Shown here one piece after another: positions 51,722 to 64,000 of a DNA stretch of 64,000 nucleotides (position 1 is its first letter; the number at the start of each line of letters is the position of its first letter). Source of the DNA: Azolla caroliniana (lineage: Eukaryota; Plantae; Polypodiophyta). The position numbers and the translations under genes are program-made. Below the pieces are notes generated by a model. The model saw only the letters and a program-made list of their open reading frames with translations, was not told where the DNA came from and did no database searches. The stretch is from NCBI GenBank assembly GCA_043228905.1, contig JBHGNT010000012.1, positions 15,376,001 through 15,440,000 on the forward strand. The letters run 5' to 3'.

Positions 51722-54700
51722 TACCTCAACTAGTGCCCTCAATGCGGAGGACGTATGGTTTGTTGACTCCGGAGCCTCCAACCATATGGCATCTCATAAA
51801 GAATGGTTTCTAGAACTTCGAGAGCCGGAGCGACCTGGTTATGTCGAAACCGGAGATGACACTACGCACCCGATTCGGCACATCGGCAATGTTCCGTTCG
51901 GTAAAAGAGGTAACCAATCATACATTAAAAATGTCTTGCATGTTCCGACCGTCACGATGAATTTGGTATCGGTCGGCCAAATGGTTGAGCAAGGGATGCA
52001 AGTACGATTCGACCAAGAAGGGTTCTTCATCGAAAAAGAGGGCAGAATCATCGCGCGCTGAAGAAGAGAGGGCCGGATGTTCATTCTCGATTCACACGAG
52101 ATGAAATCCGCCATGTTCGTGAAAAGCACGAAAGCCGACTCCGACATAGAGCTATGGCACAAGAGAATCGGCCACATCAATCTCAACAAACTCAAAGCAA
52201 TGAAATCGAAAGTAGTCGTCATCGGACTCTCGACATTCAAAGAGAAAGAGATTGAAGGTGTATGCGAAGTGTGCCAATTTGGCAAGCAACACCGACACCC
52301 ATTCCCGAAAGAGCGGAACGTGAGCAAAGGTCTACTCAATGTAGTCCATTCCGATATATGGGGACTAGCGCAAACGGCTACATTCGGCGGATGCCGATGT
52401 TATGTGCTCTTCATCGACGACTTCTCTAGGCACACTTGGATCTACCCAATGCAGCAAAAGAGCGAAGTGTTCGGACACTTCCTAAACTTCAAGAATGAAG
52501 TTGAGAAAGCCACGGGCCGACATGTTTCGATGTCTCTGATCGGATGGCGGCAAGGAGTACTTCTCGGATGATTTCATGGCGTATCTCCGAAAGGAAGGAA
52601 TTCGGCGAGAATTCACTTATCGACACACTCTACAACAAAACGGAGTAGCCGAGCGCAAAAATCGGCACATCCTCGAAGTAGCGTGGGCCATGATGAACGA
52701 GAAGCATATGCCCAAGTCATATTGGGCCGAAACTGCAAATATGGTTGTCTACCTAATGAACCGGTGCACAACATCCGGCGTGCACGAGGTCACTCCGCAT
52801 GAAAAATACTTCGGAAAGAAGCCGGACTTATCACACACCCGGATATTCGGCGTGATAGCGTATGTGCACATCCCCGATGAGAAGCGTCAAAAGTTTGACC
52901 CGAAGTAAGAGAAATGTATCCTCGTAGGAGACTCATTGGAGCAAAAGGGGTACAAGTGCTACAACCCCTCAACTCGAAAATCTCGAGTAAGTCGAGACGT
53001 CATCTTTGACGAGTTCGCATCTTGGTATGCACCAGAGACAACTCCGACTCCGACTCCGCTCGACCCGGAATCCGCCGAACAAGAGATGGAGGATGAAGAT
53101 CGCCTTACGCGCATGTTCGAAGAAAGTCTGATCACGACCCGACTGAGCGGACCACAAGAGCCTTTGAGCGATCAAAGCACATCATGGCCTAGCCCAAAGA
53201 TGGACAAAGGCAAGGCGAAAATGTTGGAATACGAAGACGATCGCTTCGCTAACGATGAGTTGACTCACTCACTCGATAGTGAGTTCGGCGGCTTCAATGT
53301 ACCAATCAGAGCTAAGAAAGCCCTCATCTCTGCAAATGAAAAGCTCTGCCGCTCCATCCATGAAAAGAATCCGGTCAGCCAATTCGGCTACAATGACTAC
53401 ATGGCATATCACTATGCCTTTATGATGAAGGTAGCAACAATACGCGAACCGAAACATTTTCCGAAGCAGCCATGGATCTGCGATGGATCGAAGCCGTGAA
53501 CGAGGAGATGCAGGCACTACGCAAGAACGAGACGTGGGATCTTGTTCCCACCTCACCACACAAAAAGGCGATCGGATGCAGATGGATTTACAAAGTGAAG
53601 TACAACGCCGATGGTTCCGTCAATCGCTACAAAACGTGACTCGTAGCGAAAGGCTACGCACAAATGCACGGAGTTGACTACGAGGAGACCTTTGCCCCGG
53701 TGGCAAAGATGACGATGGTATGGACCGTAATTGCGCGTGCCGCGGAAAAAGAGTGGCACCTCCATCAAATGGATGTCAAGAACGCCTTTCTACAAAGCGA
53801 ATTAGAGGAGGAGGTGTACATGATACAACCACTAGGTTTCAACTCGAGCACCCATCCGAAAGCTGTATGCCGACTCAAGAAGCCACTCTATGGCCTCAAG
53901 CAAGCACCGTGTGCTTGGCATTCGAAGATAATGCAATATCTTCATCAAATCGGCTTCTGTATGTCAAAATCTGACAACTCCCTCTACATACGAAGCAATT
54001 CCACAAGTCTGATCGTCATCATCTTATATGTGGATGACCTAGTCATTGGAGGTGAGCATCTCGTCGAAATCAATAAAGTCAAATCCCTCCTTTCCGACAA
54101 GTTCGAGATGACGGACATCATGGAGCTCCACTACTTCCTCGGCATCGAGGTAATTCGGACTCTGGCCGGAATCATGATCTCTCAACGGCACTACATCCTC
54201 AACTTGTTATACAAGTTCGGTATGGCTGAGTGCTAATCCGCGGTAACCCCACTCGATCGCAATCTCAAACTAGATGCGAACTCCGGCACCAAAGCGTGTG
54301 AGCTGACCCAGTATCGGCAACTCATCGGGAGTCTCATCTACCTCACAATCACTCGACCCGATCTCAGTTATCCGGTCGGTCTCCTTAGTCAATTCATGCA
54401 AACACCACATGATACTCACTTGGATTGCGCTAAGCAAGTTCTACGATACGTGAGCGGCACAATGGATTGCGGCATCCTCTACAAGACCGCTATACCAATA
54501 CGACTCGAGGGGTACATAGACGCCGATTGGGCCGGCTACAAAGCTGATAGAAGATCAACCTACGGATTTGTTTTCTCCCTCGGCATCAGAGCAATCTCCT
54601 GGAGCAGCAAAAAGCAACCAATTGTTGCTCTTTCGAGCACAGAGGCGGAATACAAGAGTTGGGCATACATGTGAAGCCGTATGGCTCAAAAGGATACTCA

Positions 54701-55735
54701 AGGATCTGGGCATACCCATCAAGGATTCAACTTCATGAGCAATATCTGTCTAGCTCGGAACCCGGTGTTCCACGCGCAGACAAAACACATCGAAGTGCAC
54801 TATCACTTCATCCGAGAGCGCGTTCTAGTTGGCGATGTCGACCTACAACACATTAGCACCAATCTCCAAATGGCCAACATCTTCACTAAAGCCTTAGGAG
54901 CCGACAAGCTATGCCAATTCATGACCGATCTCGGTTTGACGATACCTGACCTGCCAAGCTTGAGGGGGAGTACTGAAAACGCTACACAATAACGTGTGGA
55001 TTCCGCAAACCGCGCACACTACGCAATAACGCTGGATTCCACAACCGCGCTGTCGAGGTATTCCTCGCGGATGCGTGGAATGAGGCGGGACCTCAGGGGT
55101 CCTGTACCGAAGAGCAAGAGAGAAAGGAGAAGAGACCCACTACGTGCGAGAGTAGATTCACAGGGACACGGCCCTTCGACACAAAGACGCGAGTGGGACA
55201 GTGACATAGAGAGACACGAATGTATGTATGTATTAACAAAGACAAACGACAAAACACGAAGTCGGTTACAACCGAACAGGCCGGCGAACAGATGGCGATA
55301 CCTGTTCGTAAACACACAGAAAGGAAGGAGTAGGTTGGAGGTGCTGCCGGAAGCACTCGGGCATTCCTCAGAGCAGCCCGAGCCTCCCGAAACCTGCACA
55401 GAAGGAAGCTATGGAGCTTGCGAACCAGAGAGAGAGAGAGAAGCTTTTGCACACAAACCGACAGCACTTCGTCCTCGACTCTCCGCGATCCCATCCCCCT
55501 TTGCGTCTCCCTCCTTTTATAGGCAAGGAAGGAGCCGTTTCCCCTTTACTTCCTACCCACTAAATCTACCTGCCTAGGATCTTCTATGGACAACATTTGA
55601 GAAGAGCCGGTTCCTACGCTCCTGTGCACCGATTCCGCTCGTGGACGGTTTTCTTCACGACATTCGCCCCCACCTAACCGCGCATCCACCGGCATGCACC
55701 AAATTGAGTTGGGACGGAGAAAACCGGTCCAGCCT

Positions 55736-58700
55736 TCATTCCCCGCTCGTCGGTTCTTCCTCGGTTTCGAATCGTTCGTCGTCGCGGTCCAGGTCAATCG
55801 GATCCGGCTCGTCGTCGTGACGCTTCTTGAACGCTTTGATCCGCTTCCCCGCTACCGGTATCGCCATTCTCGTACCGTCGAGTTCCGCCAGATGATACGT
55901 CCCGTTGTCATTGGCGCTTTGTACCACGTAAGGCCCGAACCACCTTCTTGCGAACTTCCGTGTCGCTCGGTGCTGGTTGTCAAGGCTGCTGTCGTAGACT
56001 AGCACCCAGTCGCCTTCCTCGATCTTCTTCGGTCGGAGCCGGTGCGTTCGGTTGAACCGGGCTTTGTTCCTCATCCTTGCTTCCCGAAGCTTTTCCGCGG
56101 CCTACTCCACATCCTCCGGTCTTCGCTCAAGCTGTCGTATACGCGCCGCCAACAGTTCCTCCTTGCTCATCTCGTCTCTCCAGTCCACGGTTGCCCACGA
56201 GGAGATCGTAGGTTCCATCGGCATGACCGACTTCTGCCCAAACATGAGTTCTGTCGGCATGAATACGGTTACCGAACTGTGCGTAGTTCGGTCCGCCCAC
56301 AACGCGTAAGGCAGCAGCCGCGGCCAGTTCCCGACTTGACCTCCGCATGCCCGAACTAACGCCTTGACGATCGGTCCGTGTTCGCGCTCCACCTTTCCAT
56401 TCGCCTCCGGGTTGTACGCAGTGGTAAGCGAGAGCTTGACTCCTAGCCGGTCGAATAACTCCTCGGCCTCTTCGGCGTCCAACTCCCCGCGATCAGCCAC
56501 AATCTTCCCGACGCACCCGTACCGACATATCACGTCCTCAATCAGGACCCGACATACGACCGCGGTCGTTTTGTTCTGAAGGGCCCGGCCTTCTACCTGG
56601 TTCGTCAGATCTTCCCGAGCCAGGACCAGATACCGCATCTGTCCTACTCCCATCGGCATCGTCACCAGGTCTACCATCCATTTGAAGTGGATGGTCGGAG
56701 GGTACGTAGGGTGAAGCTCGTCCCGGTGTCGGACTACAGAGTGCATCTGACAGCTCTCGCAAGTTGTCACGAACCGATGCACGTCCCGGTACAGTCCCGG
56801 CCACCAGTACTTCCCCTTTATCTTCTCGAACGTGGCCCACGTTCCATGGTGTCCAGCCCAATGGCTGTCGTGGTAGGCCGTCAGCAGCTCCTCCTGTTCT
56901 TCCTTCATCGCCACCACCCGGAGCGGGACGCCGTTCCTCTTCTTCGAGTGCTTCCATAAGTATCCGTCCCGGAGAAAGAATCGGTAAGCTTTCTTCCGGA
57001 TCCGGTTGGCCTCGTCTTTCGTCCATGACGCATCCGACGTCATTGTCCTCAGAAACCCACCGATCTGGAGCCACTCGCCGTCGTACTTGCTCTCGTGGAA
57101 GCCGTTAAGCGCCGGAGTGCTCGTCCCATCGGTCGTCACGTACGCCGCTTCGAAGAAGTCCAGGCCGACTTCTTCGTCCTCCGAAACCATGCCGCCCTCG
57201 TCATCAAACCTCGCCCTTGAAAGCATGTCGGCCATGGCGTTGTCCTTTCCGGAAATGTGCCGTATTTCCGGATCTAGGCACTTGATGTATGCTATCCACC
57301 TGAGCATCGCCAGGTCTGGTGTCGCGCATCCGGAAACCATGCCAAGAATTGGCAGGCAATCCGTCTCGATGATCACTTCCGTCTCGATCAGGTAGTCTTT
57401 GTCGGCCTTTACTACCGAAATGATACCCCAGAGTTCGCGTTTAACCTGGGCGTACCCTCGCTGTCGCTCACTGAGGACCTTCGCGCCGAATCGGATCGGG
57501 AACCGAATGCCGTCCCCGTCTTCTTGGTTGACGACCCATCCGATCCCGGTCGGACTCGTATCCACCGTTATGTATACCGGGGTACCCTTCTCGTAGACAG
57601 CCTTCCGGAGCGCCGGTGCTGCCGCAAGAGCTTCCTTCAGCTTCCGGACCGACTCCGTGTGCTCGTCTCGCCACTCGAATTTTCGCCCTTTCTTCAGCAA
57701 CCCGTATAGCGGCTCCGCAACGTGGGCGTAATGTGGGATCCATATGTGGTAGAATGCGCATGCCCCCAGGAACCTCCGAACTTCCGTAACCGAGCTACAG
57801 TCGGTCTTCATCGCGGAGATGGCTTCTACCTTTGCCGGAGACGGCTTCCGGCCATACGGTCCACATAGGTGATCGACCACCAGGATTTCTGATTGCCCGA
57901 AGGCCGATTTCTCCCCGGAGAAGGTGAGCCTCGCATCCTCTAGCCTTTGTAGCACCTTCTCGCAGTCGCCGATGTGAGTTGCCACGAATCGCCGGCATCC
58001 GTCCGGCCCGACTGTCTCGTCCTTCTCTTCCACCGGGCACCCTTTGATAGGGATGTCGTCTAGAAACGGCATGGTGATGTCCAGGATGCAATCCCTCAGT
58101 ACCTTGTTCATTGCATTTACCATGTGGGCCACCGAGTTGGTCCCTCCTTGCGGCAGGGTACACATTCGCACTAGGCCGAGGGGAGTTCGCATCGTCGTAA
58201 TGTCTCTGCTCTCCACGGCTAGCTGGAACTGGTCGTACCCCGAGTACAGATCACCGACCGAGTAAATCGACCTTCCGGCGAAGGCCTCCGCGAACTCGTC
58301 TATGGTCGGTCCGATTCCTGCGTTCCGAATGGTCACTTTGTTGACCGGCTGCAGGTCCTGAATGAAGCGCAATGTTCCGTTTTTCTTTGGTACGGTAAAC
58401 CATCGGTTCGAGTATGGCGCACTCGACGGTTCGAGAATACCCATATCGACTTTCTGCCTCAGTAGCTCCATCAACTCCGGGATGTGAGCTCTTGGTACCG
58501 GAATCGGCTTGAGATTCCACGGCACATGCGGTACCGTGAATATCACCATCGGCTCCACGATTGTCGGGTCTACGCACCCGATCTCTTCCGGCGAGAATGC
58601 GAAGGCTTTCCCGTGCCTTCCGAGCATTCTCCGAAACCGGTCTTCCTCCGCCGGCAGTAGGAACCCGCGCCCACCGATCTTGAGCTCCCGGAGCGTCCCG

Positions 58701-59209
58701 TCGGTGAAGGTGTGTCCTATGCAGGCCGGATCTCGTAAACTGGGGTCCGACGCCACCCCTCTGATTCGGGACTCGCTGCCCTCCGGCAAGGGTGCCGCGA
58801 CTGGCCTTACCTTCCGGTCCACAGTCTTGTACTTCGTGCTAACTCGGGCCGTCCGATCCGACCCGAGCCCCTAACTGAAGTTCGCGATGGCTTCGTACAT
58901 CTCTTCGGAACATACCGGTATCGTCCGGTCTTCGTTAAGGTCTTCTCCGGCTACCTTCCTCAGCATTCCCAAGGTGTTGTCGAAGGAGACCGCCTCCACG
59001 GCTCCGCTGATTTCCTCGTCCGGGCTAAGAACTCCGCACGCTCGAAGTCGCACTTCCGCCCTTGTCTTTTCTCGGCCGTCGATGCCGACTATCATACACC
59101 CTCCGTTGTTGGAGAAGCAAAATTTCCTACCTATCGTACAGTCATGGGGTCTTTTCCGAGTGTCCGGGCTGTCTCGGCCCCACACCTTGGCAGCCCTCTC
59201 TAAAAATCC
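55736..59209 (-). pseudogene. Gypsy Pol (RT, RNase H, integrase) in the -1 frame relative to gag, with two in-frame TAG stops
   Basis: ORFs 58871-59185, 56102-58822 and 55736-56074 share one frame. Motifs: LPQG, FLDD, VDTS, ETD, ADRGE, NGKVER, WFGPY. Confidence 0.88.
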
Positions 59210-61326
59210 TCCCAGCTCTCGCCACCGAGGGATTCGCGGTTTCTCTCGTGGTTCGGCCGCACCGTCAGAAATTGCACCGAATGGCGCCCGTCCTGGCTTT
59301 TGACCCTCGCGTAGGCCGAACCGTTGTCCAGCACCTTGGTCTCCATTCTCGCCGCCGTGATGTATGGTTGCCCTAATATGACCGGATGCGAGGATGTCTC
59401 ATGTACGAAGAAGTGTTGGTCAATCTCGAGGTCGCCGATCTTTACTCGCACATTCGGGCAGGCCCCGTGCAGTTCCTTGGTGGCGCGCGTCGCCGCCCGT
59501 ATCTTCCACCCGTGCCTGGTGTTGATCGGCCACTTTCCCTTCTTATAGAAGTCCATGGACATTAGGTTTATTTCCGAACCGTGGCCCACCAACGCCACCA
59601 CCGGTTCCTGAACATCTCCGATCTTTACCGGGGTCTCCGTGGTCGCTCGGGCCCAGTGTGGCCTCGAATAGTGGCTCTCCGCCCACTCATCTTCCAACGC
59701 CGAGTCGTCAATGTGCGTCGTCCACACCTCCACCGGTCTTTCCGGTTCCGTCTCCGTCGACAGCCTCTTCCGTTTCACCAAGTCTACAATGGAGTCGTGG
59801 AACTCCTTCTTGGCGATCCCTAGCACCTCCCGCAATGACAGCTCCACTTTGCTGTCGAGAATCCGTCCTTCTAGGACCTTTCGTAGGTCCGTAGTCCTTT
59901 CTATTTCCGTCCCCAGTCGGTACCTGCCCTTCCTGGGGTTATCTCGCGAGCCGGACCCACCGGCATCGTCCCGTCGTTGCCCGAATCGGGTCTCGTACCG
60001 TTGTGAGGGCCCGGTCGCTCCGGCTTTCCCCACTCGTTTTTCTTCTACCAGAGCCTCGTAGTTCCGGCACGCGGCTTCTACGAAGCCCGTCTTCTCCTCG
60101 ACCGGATCGCTCCACCCGGTTATTTCCCGGACCTGTCTCTCAGCGCGGTCCGTTTCATCTTTCCTCAGCCATGCGCCGGCGAGGCCTTCCAGCATTGTCG
60201 ACCAGAAACCGTCTTTGCTCTCCTTTCGGGCCTCGCTGCCTCCGACCCGAATACCGGCCGACGCCGAGTAGTGGATGGCCTCCACGTGTCGGGCCGCTGC
60301 CTCTTCCATCAGTCTCTTCCTACCTCCTCGCCTGTCGTTTCGGTTCAGGGCCCTCCTGGTGTCGCCCGCGTGCACCCGGCCTTCCCACAGGTACACCACC
60401 CGGTTTCTCAACACCTCTGCGAAATCACTGCAGTCCTTCCGAATGTGGCCGACCTCGTCGCACCAAATGCACCTGTTCCCTGCTGCCGGCCGTCGGTCAC
60501 GAGCCGGTTCGCCGCCTTCCCTTCGAGTCTGGGCGATTTGGAGATCCTTTATCGCCCGCGTCAACTCCTCCAGCATTGCTCCTCCGGACGAGCCATTGAC
60601 CATGCCGGTCGAAGCCGGACCGGTTTCGAGCCATTCCTGGGTTTCTTCCCTTCGCACTTGCGGTGCCGGTTCAAGCCTCCTTGCTGTGACAGAGCCCGCA
60701 CCGGCCGCCCTGTTGTCAGCCCATTCTCGCCGTTTGTCGAAACGGCCACAGACTCTCTTAACCGCAGCCCAGTTGGTTGTCAGCCTGTCTTCGGTTTTCA
60801 GCAAGGAGCCGACTTGATCCCTGTCCCGCTCATCCACCGACTTGACGAACAGTAGGACCCGGCTCGTATCCAGAACGGTTCGGTCAAGCGCCGAAAGGCG
60901 CGCAAAGCGTTCTTCGAACTCCCGGAGGAGTGCCGACGTGTTTCTTCCCTTGCCGGGGGACTCCACCCATTCCATGAAGTCTCGTTTCGAAAGCCGGAGC
61001 GCGTCGTCCAACCCGTATTTTTCCAAGAGTCGGCCTTCGAACTCCTCCCAGGTACGGCTCTCCGCCCGCACCTCGAGCACCTCCACATGGATGCTCGGCA
61101 TCGCCACTCGAGGAAACCCGGCAAGACGCCTCTCTTCCGGAATGTCCCGCATCAGCATTTCTGCCCCGTAGGACGCCAAATACTTCGTGGCATCCTTTCC
61201 GCTGAACCGGCCGATCGTACCGACGACCGCCTCAATGACTCTGTCGAGGGCGCCGGAGCCCTCGCGTGCGCTCAATATCCGATCCACTGCCGAAGCCATG
61301 GCCTCCGCAAGATCCGACCCTTTCAT
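59200..61326 (-). CDS. Gypsy Gag-protease ORF
   Basis: CIWCDEVGHIRKDC knuckle and an aspartic-protease remnant LV(G)HGSEINL...VILGQP. The likely ATG is at 61326, downstream of the PBS. Confidence 0.85.
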   Translation of the reverse strand: MKGSDLAEAMASAVDRILSAREGSGALDRVIEAVVGTIGRFSGKDATKYLASYGAEMLMRDIPEERRLAGFPRVAMPSIHVEVLEVRAESRTWEEFEGRLLEKYGLDDALRLSKRDFMEWVESPGKGRNTSALLREFEERFARLSALDRTVLDTSRVLLFVKSVDERDRDQVGSLLKTEDRLTTNWAAVKRVCGRFDKRREWADNRAAGAGSVTARRLEPAPQVRREETQEWLETGPASTGMVNGSSGGAMLEELTRAIKDLQIAQTRREGGEPARDRRPAAGNRCIWCDEVGHIRKDCSDFAEVLRNRVVYLWEGRVHAGDTRRALNRNDRRGGRKRLMEEAAARHVEAIHYSASAGIRVGGSEARKESKDGFWSTMLEGLAGAWLRKDETDRAERQVREITGWSDPVEEKTGFVEAACRNYEALVEEKRVGKAGATGPSQRYETRFGQRRDDAGGSGSRDNPRKGRYRLGTEIERTTDLRKVLEGRILDSKVELSLREVLGIAKKEFHDSIVDLVKRKRLSTETEPERPVEVWTTHIDDSALEDEWAESHYSRPHWARATTETPVKIGDVQEPVVALVGHGSEINLMSMDFYKKGKWPINTRHGWKIRAATRATKELHGACPNVRVKIGDLEIDQHFFVHETSSHPVILGQPYITAARMETKVLDNGSAYARVKSQDGRHSVQFLTVRPNHERNRESLGGESWEDF

Positions 61327-64000
61327 CTTCTGCTCTTCTGCCGCCTCCTTCACGTCGGGTTCACCAAAGATGTCGAGGTATTCCTCGCGGATGCGTGGAA
61401 TGAGGCGGGACCTCGGGGGTCCTGTACCGAAGAGCAAGAGAGAAAGGAGAAGAGACCCACTACGTGCGAGAGTAGATTCACAGGGACACGGCCCTTCGAC
61501 ACAAAGACGCGAGTGGGACAGCGACACAGAGAGACACGAATGTATGTATGTATTAACAAAGAAAACGACAAAACACGAAGTCGGTTACAACCGAACAGGC
61601 CGGCGAACAGATGCCGATACCTGTTCGTAAACACACAGAAAGGAAGGAGTAGGTTGGAGGTGCTCCCGGAAGCACTCGGGCATTCCTCAGAGCAGCGCGA
61701 GCCTCCCGAAACCTGCACAGAAGGAAGCTATGGAGCTTGCGAACCAGAGAGAGAGAGAGAAGCCTTTGCACACAAACCGACAGCACTTCGTCCTCGACTC
61801 TCCGCGATCCCATCCCCCTTTGCGTCTCCCTCCTTTTATAGGCAAGGAAGGAGCCGTTTCCCTTTTAGTTCCTACCCACTAAATCTACCTGCCTAGGATC
61901 TTCTATGGACAACATTCGAGAAGAGCCGGTTCCTACGCTCCTGTGCACCGATTCCGCTCGTGGACGGTTTTCTTCACGACAGCGCACTATGCAATAGAGC
62001 GTGGAATCCGCAACTGCGCAACGAAGCCACAAAGAGCCGATCTACTGCGCAAAGCCGCGAAGAAAGACGCAAGCCGAATCACAAACTTTGCAACTACACA
62101 CAACGCAAGCTAGAGCACGGATTCCGCAACTCCGCATAAATGCGAGTCGACACGGACTCCGGAATGTGAGTTGAAGCAGATTTCGGATACTGTCTGAAAC
62201 CGACCTGACATGAGCTTGAGGGGGCGTGTTGAGAATCAAGCTCAACTTGGTCTAGTGTGTGAACTCACCTTGAGAGTGAATAGACACTCCAATAGTCAAG
62301 AGTCACCATTAAGTCACCACTTTGTATTCTAGCATTTAGTATGAGTAATAGAATCATATTCTATGACACATAACTTATGAGCTTTCACATTCCCCATTCT
62401 TCATGAGTCTTGTAGTTAATGAAGAGAGAGGGTGACTATATAAAGTACCCTCCTCCCACCTTGTATAATGTTGAGTCTTTCTCCTTTGTTAATATAATCT
62501 ACCTTGCGTATACTCTGTCTTACTCCTTGTCTCTCTCACTCACTCTCTCTCTCTCATACACTCACACACAGTTCACACCTATTCCGCTACACAAGAATCA
62601 TACCCGATTCTTTATAGTATATATATTTTCCTTATTCGTTGTTCGATCTTCGTTGTGAGTTCTCTGTGTATTTGTGTGCGTGGCTTGACCATGGTTTCGT
62701 GTTGCTCTTCCCTCTGTTCGGTTATTCCCCGGTTTAGGGCCCCTGTGGTCCCGCCTTGGTTTCTCCTGCGCGTGCAGAATAACACGACATATTTGGTGAA
62801 CCCGACGTGAAACAAGGCGGCGGAGGAGTCGAAGATGAGGGGATCAGAGCTCGCCAAAGCCATGGCGGTAGCAATCGAACGGATAGTAAGTGTTCGTGAG
62901 GGCACGGGTGCCCTTGACATGGCCATTGAAGCAATTGTCGACACAATAGGCCGGTTCGATGGGAAGGAAGCCACGAGTTATTTGGTGGCCTACTGAGCCA
63001 AAATGGTGATGAGGGATATCCCAGAGGAAAGGCGTCTGGCTGGGTTCCCTCGGGTGGCGACACCGGGCATCCACGCAGTGGTGCTCAAGGTGCAGGCTAG
63101 ATGCCAGACTTGGGGAGAATTCGAAGCGCGGCTCCTCGAACGGTATGGGCTTGATGATGCACTTCGGTTATCGAAGCAAGACTTCATGGATTGGGTGGAG
63201 ACCCCCGGAAAGGGGAGGAATGCGTAGGTGCTCCTCCGGGAGTTTGAAGAACGCTTCGCGCGTCTTTCGGCATTGGACATGACCGTACTGGACACGAGCC
63301 GTGTCCTTTTATTCGTCAAAGTTGTGGACGTGCGGGATCGGGAGCAAGTGGGTCTCCTGCTAGAGACAGACGATGGGCTAACGGCCGATTGGGCCGTGGT
63401 AAAAGGGGTCTATGATCGTTTCGACAAACGGCGTGAGTGGGTTGACAAGGGCTCATCGGGGGCAGGAGCGGTTGCGGCAAGAAAGCTCGAGGGACCCTTG
63501 CCGGTGCGAAGGGAGGAATCCCGGGATTGGCTTGAGACAGACTCGACTTCGACCAACGTGGTCAAGGGCCCGTCCGGAAGAGCGGCTCTAGAAGAATTGA
63601 CGTAGATGGTATGAGACCTCCAGATTGCATAGGCAAGGAGGGACGACTGTGAGCAGCCTTGCGATCGAAGGCCTCCGGGTGGGCATCGGTGCTTGTGGTG
63701 TGACGTGGTCGGTCACATCCGGAAGGACTGCGTGAACTTGGCAAAAGTGATAAGGGCTAACGTGGTGTACCTATGGAACGGGCTGGTGCACACTAGTGAG
63801 ACCCGGAGAGCCCTGGAGCTGAATATCGGGCGAGGAGGACTGAAAAGGCTGATGGAAGAAGCGGCGGTGCACCATGAGGAGACCATCCACTACTCGGCGT
63901 CGGCAGGAATCCGGGTCGGGAGTGATGAAGGCCGGAAGACGAAGGACTCCGGTTTTTGGCCGTTGGTGCTAGAAGGCCTTGCCGGCATGCGGTTGAGGAA

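Larger units (their letters stand above)
55051..61981 (-). mobile_element. Full-length tRNA-Trp-primed Ty3/Gypsy element
   Basis: LTRs 61371-61981 and 55051-55662 (~611 bp, a few differences), 4-bp TSD GCGC, PBS TGGTGAACCCGACGTG at 61366-61351. Confidence 0.93.
44671..62616 (+). mobile_element. Full-length degenerate Ty1/Copia element hosting two younger insertions
   Basis: LTRs 44671-45063 and 62227-62616, TSD GTATA, PBS TGGTATCAGAGC (tRNA-iMet) at 45064. Gag-pol fragments at 45229-46261 and 51727-54992 carry stops and frameshifts. Confidence 0.9.
44190..64000 (+). mobile_element. tRNA-Trp-primed Gypsy element: 5' LTR 44190-44670 plus 62622-62790 (split by a nested Copia), with degraded gag running off the window
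   Basis: TGTCGTGG...CACGACA termini. PBS TGGTGAACCCGACGTG at ~62794. The gag region 62835-64000 is homologous to 59200-61326, with stops. Confidence 0.8.

Noticed and set aside
47000-61900. Many antisense and alternate-frame ORFs overlapping Copia and Gypsy coding regions
   Set aside because: These are expected shadow ORFs of GC-rich retroelement coding sequence with no independent motifs.

Overview
Eukaryotic nuclear DNA from a land plant, probably a fern or other non-seed plant (inferred from the gene and TE types). There is one host gene, a 13-exon chloroplast chaperonin-60 beta on the minus strand (9261-13869). It lies among nested retroelements: a LINE remnant, several Ty1/Copia elements (one with a continuous ORF and seemingly identical LTRs), tRNA-Trp-primed and chromoviral Ty3/Gypsy elements, and solo LTRs. 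The standout is a 7.6-kb cut-and-paste DNA transposon at 16283-23873 with perfect 33-bp TIRs and a 4-bp TTAT target duplication. It encodes a Sola-like DDD transposase with a BAH/Tudor-like C-terminus. Divergently, it carries a 6-exon spliced gene for a ParB/Srx-like domain fused to a bacterial-type beta-class amino (N6-A/N4-C) DNA methyltransferase. Both genes are lightly pseudogenised in this copy. All coordinates were read by eye and no database searches were run.
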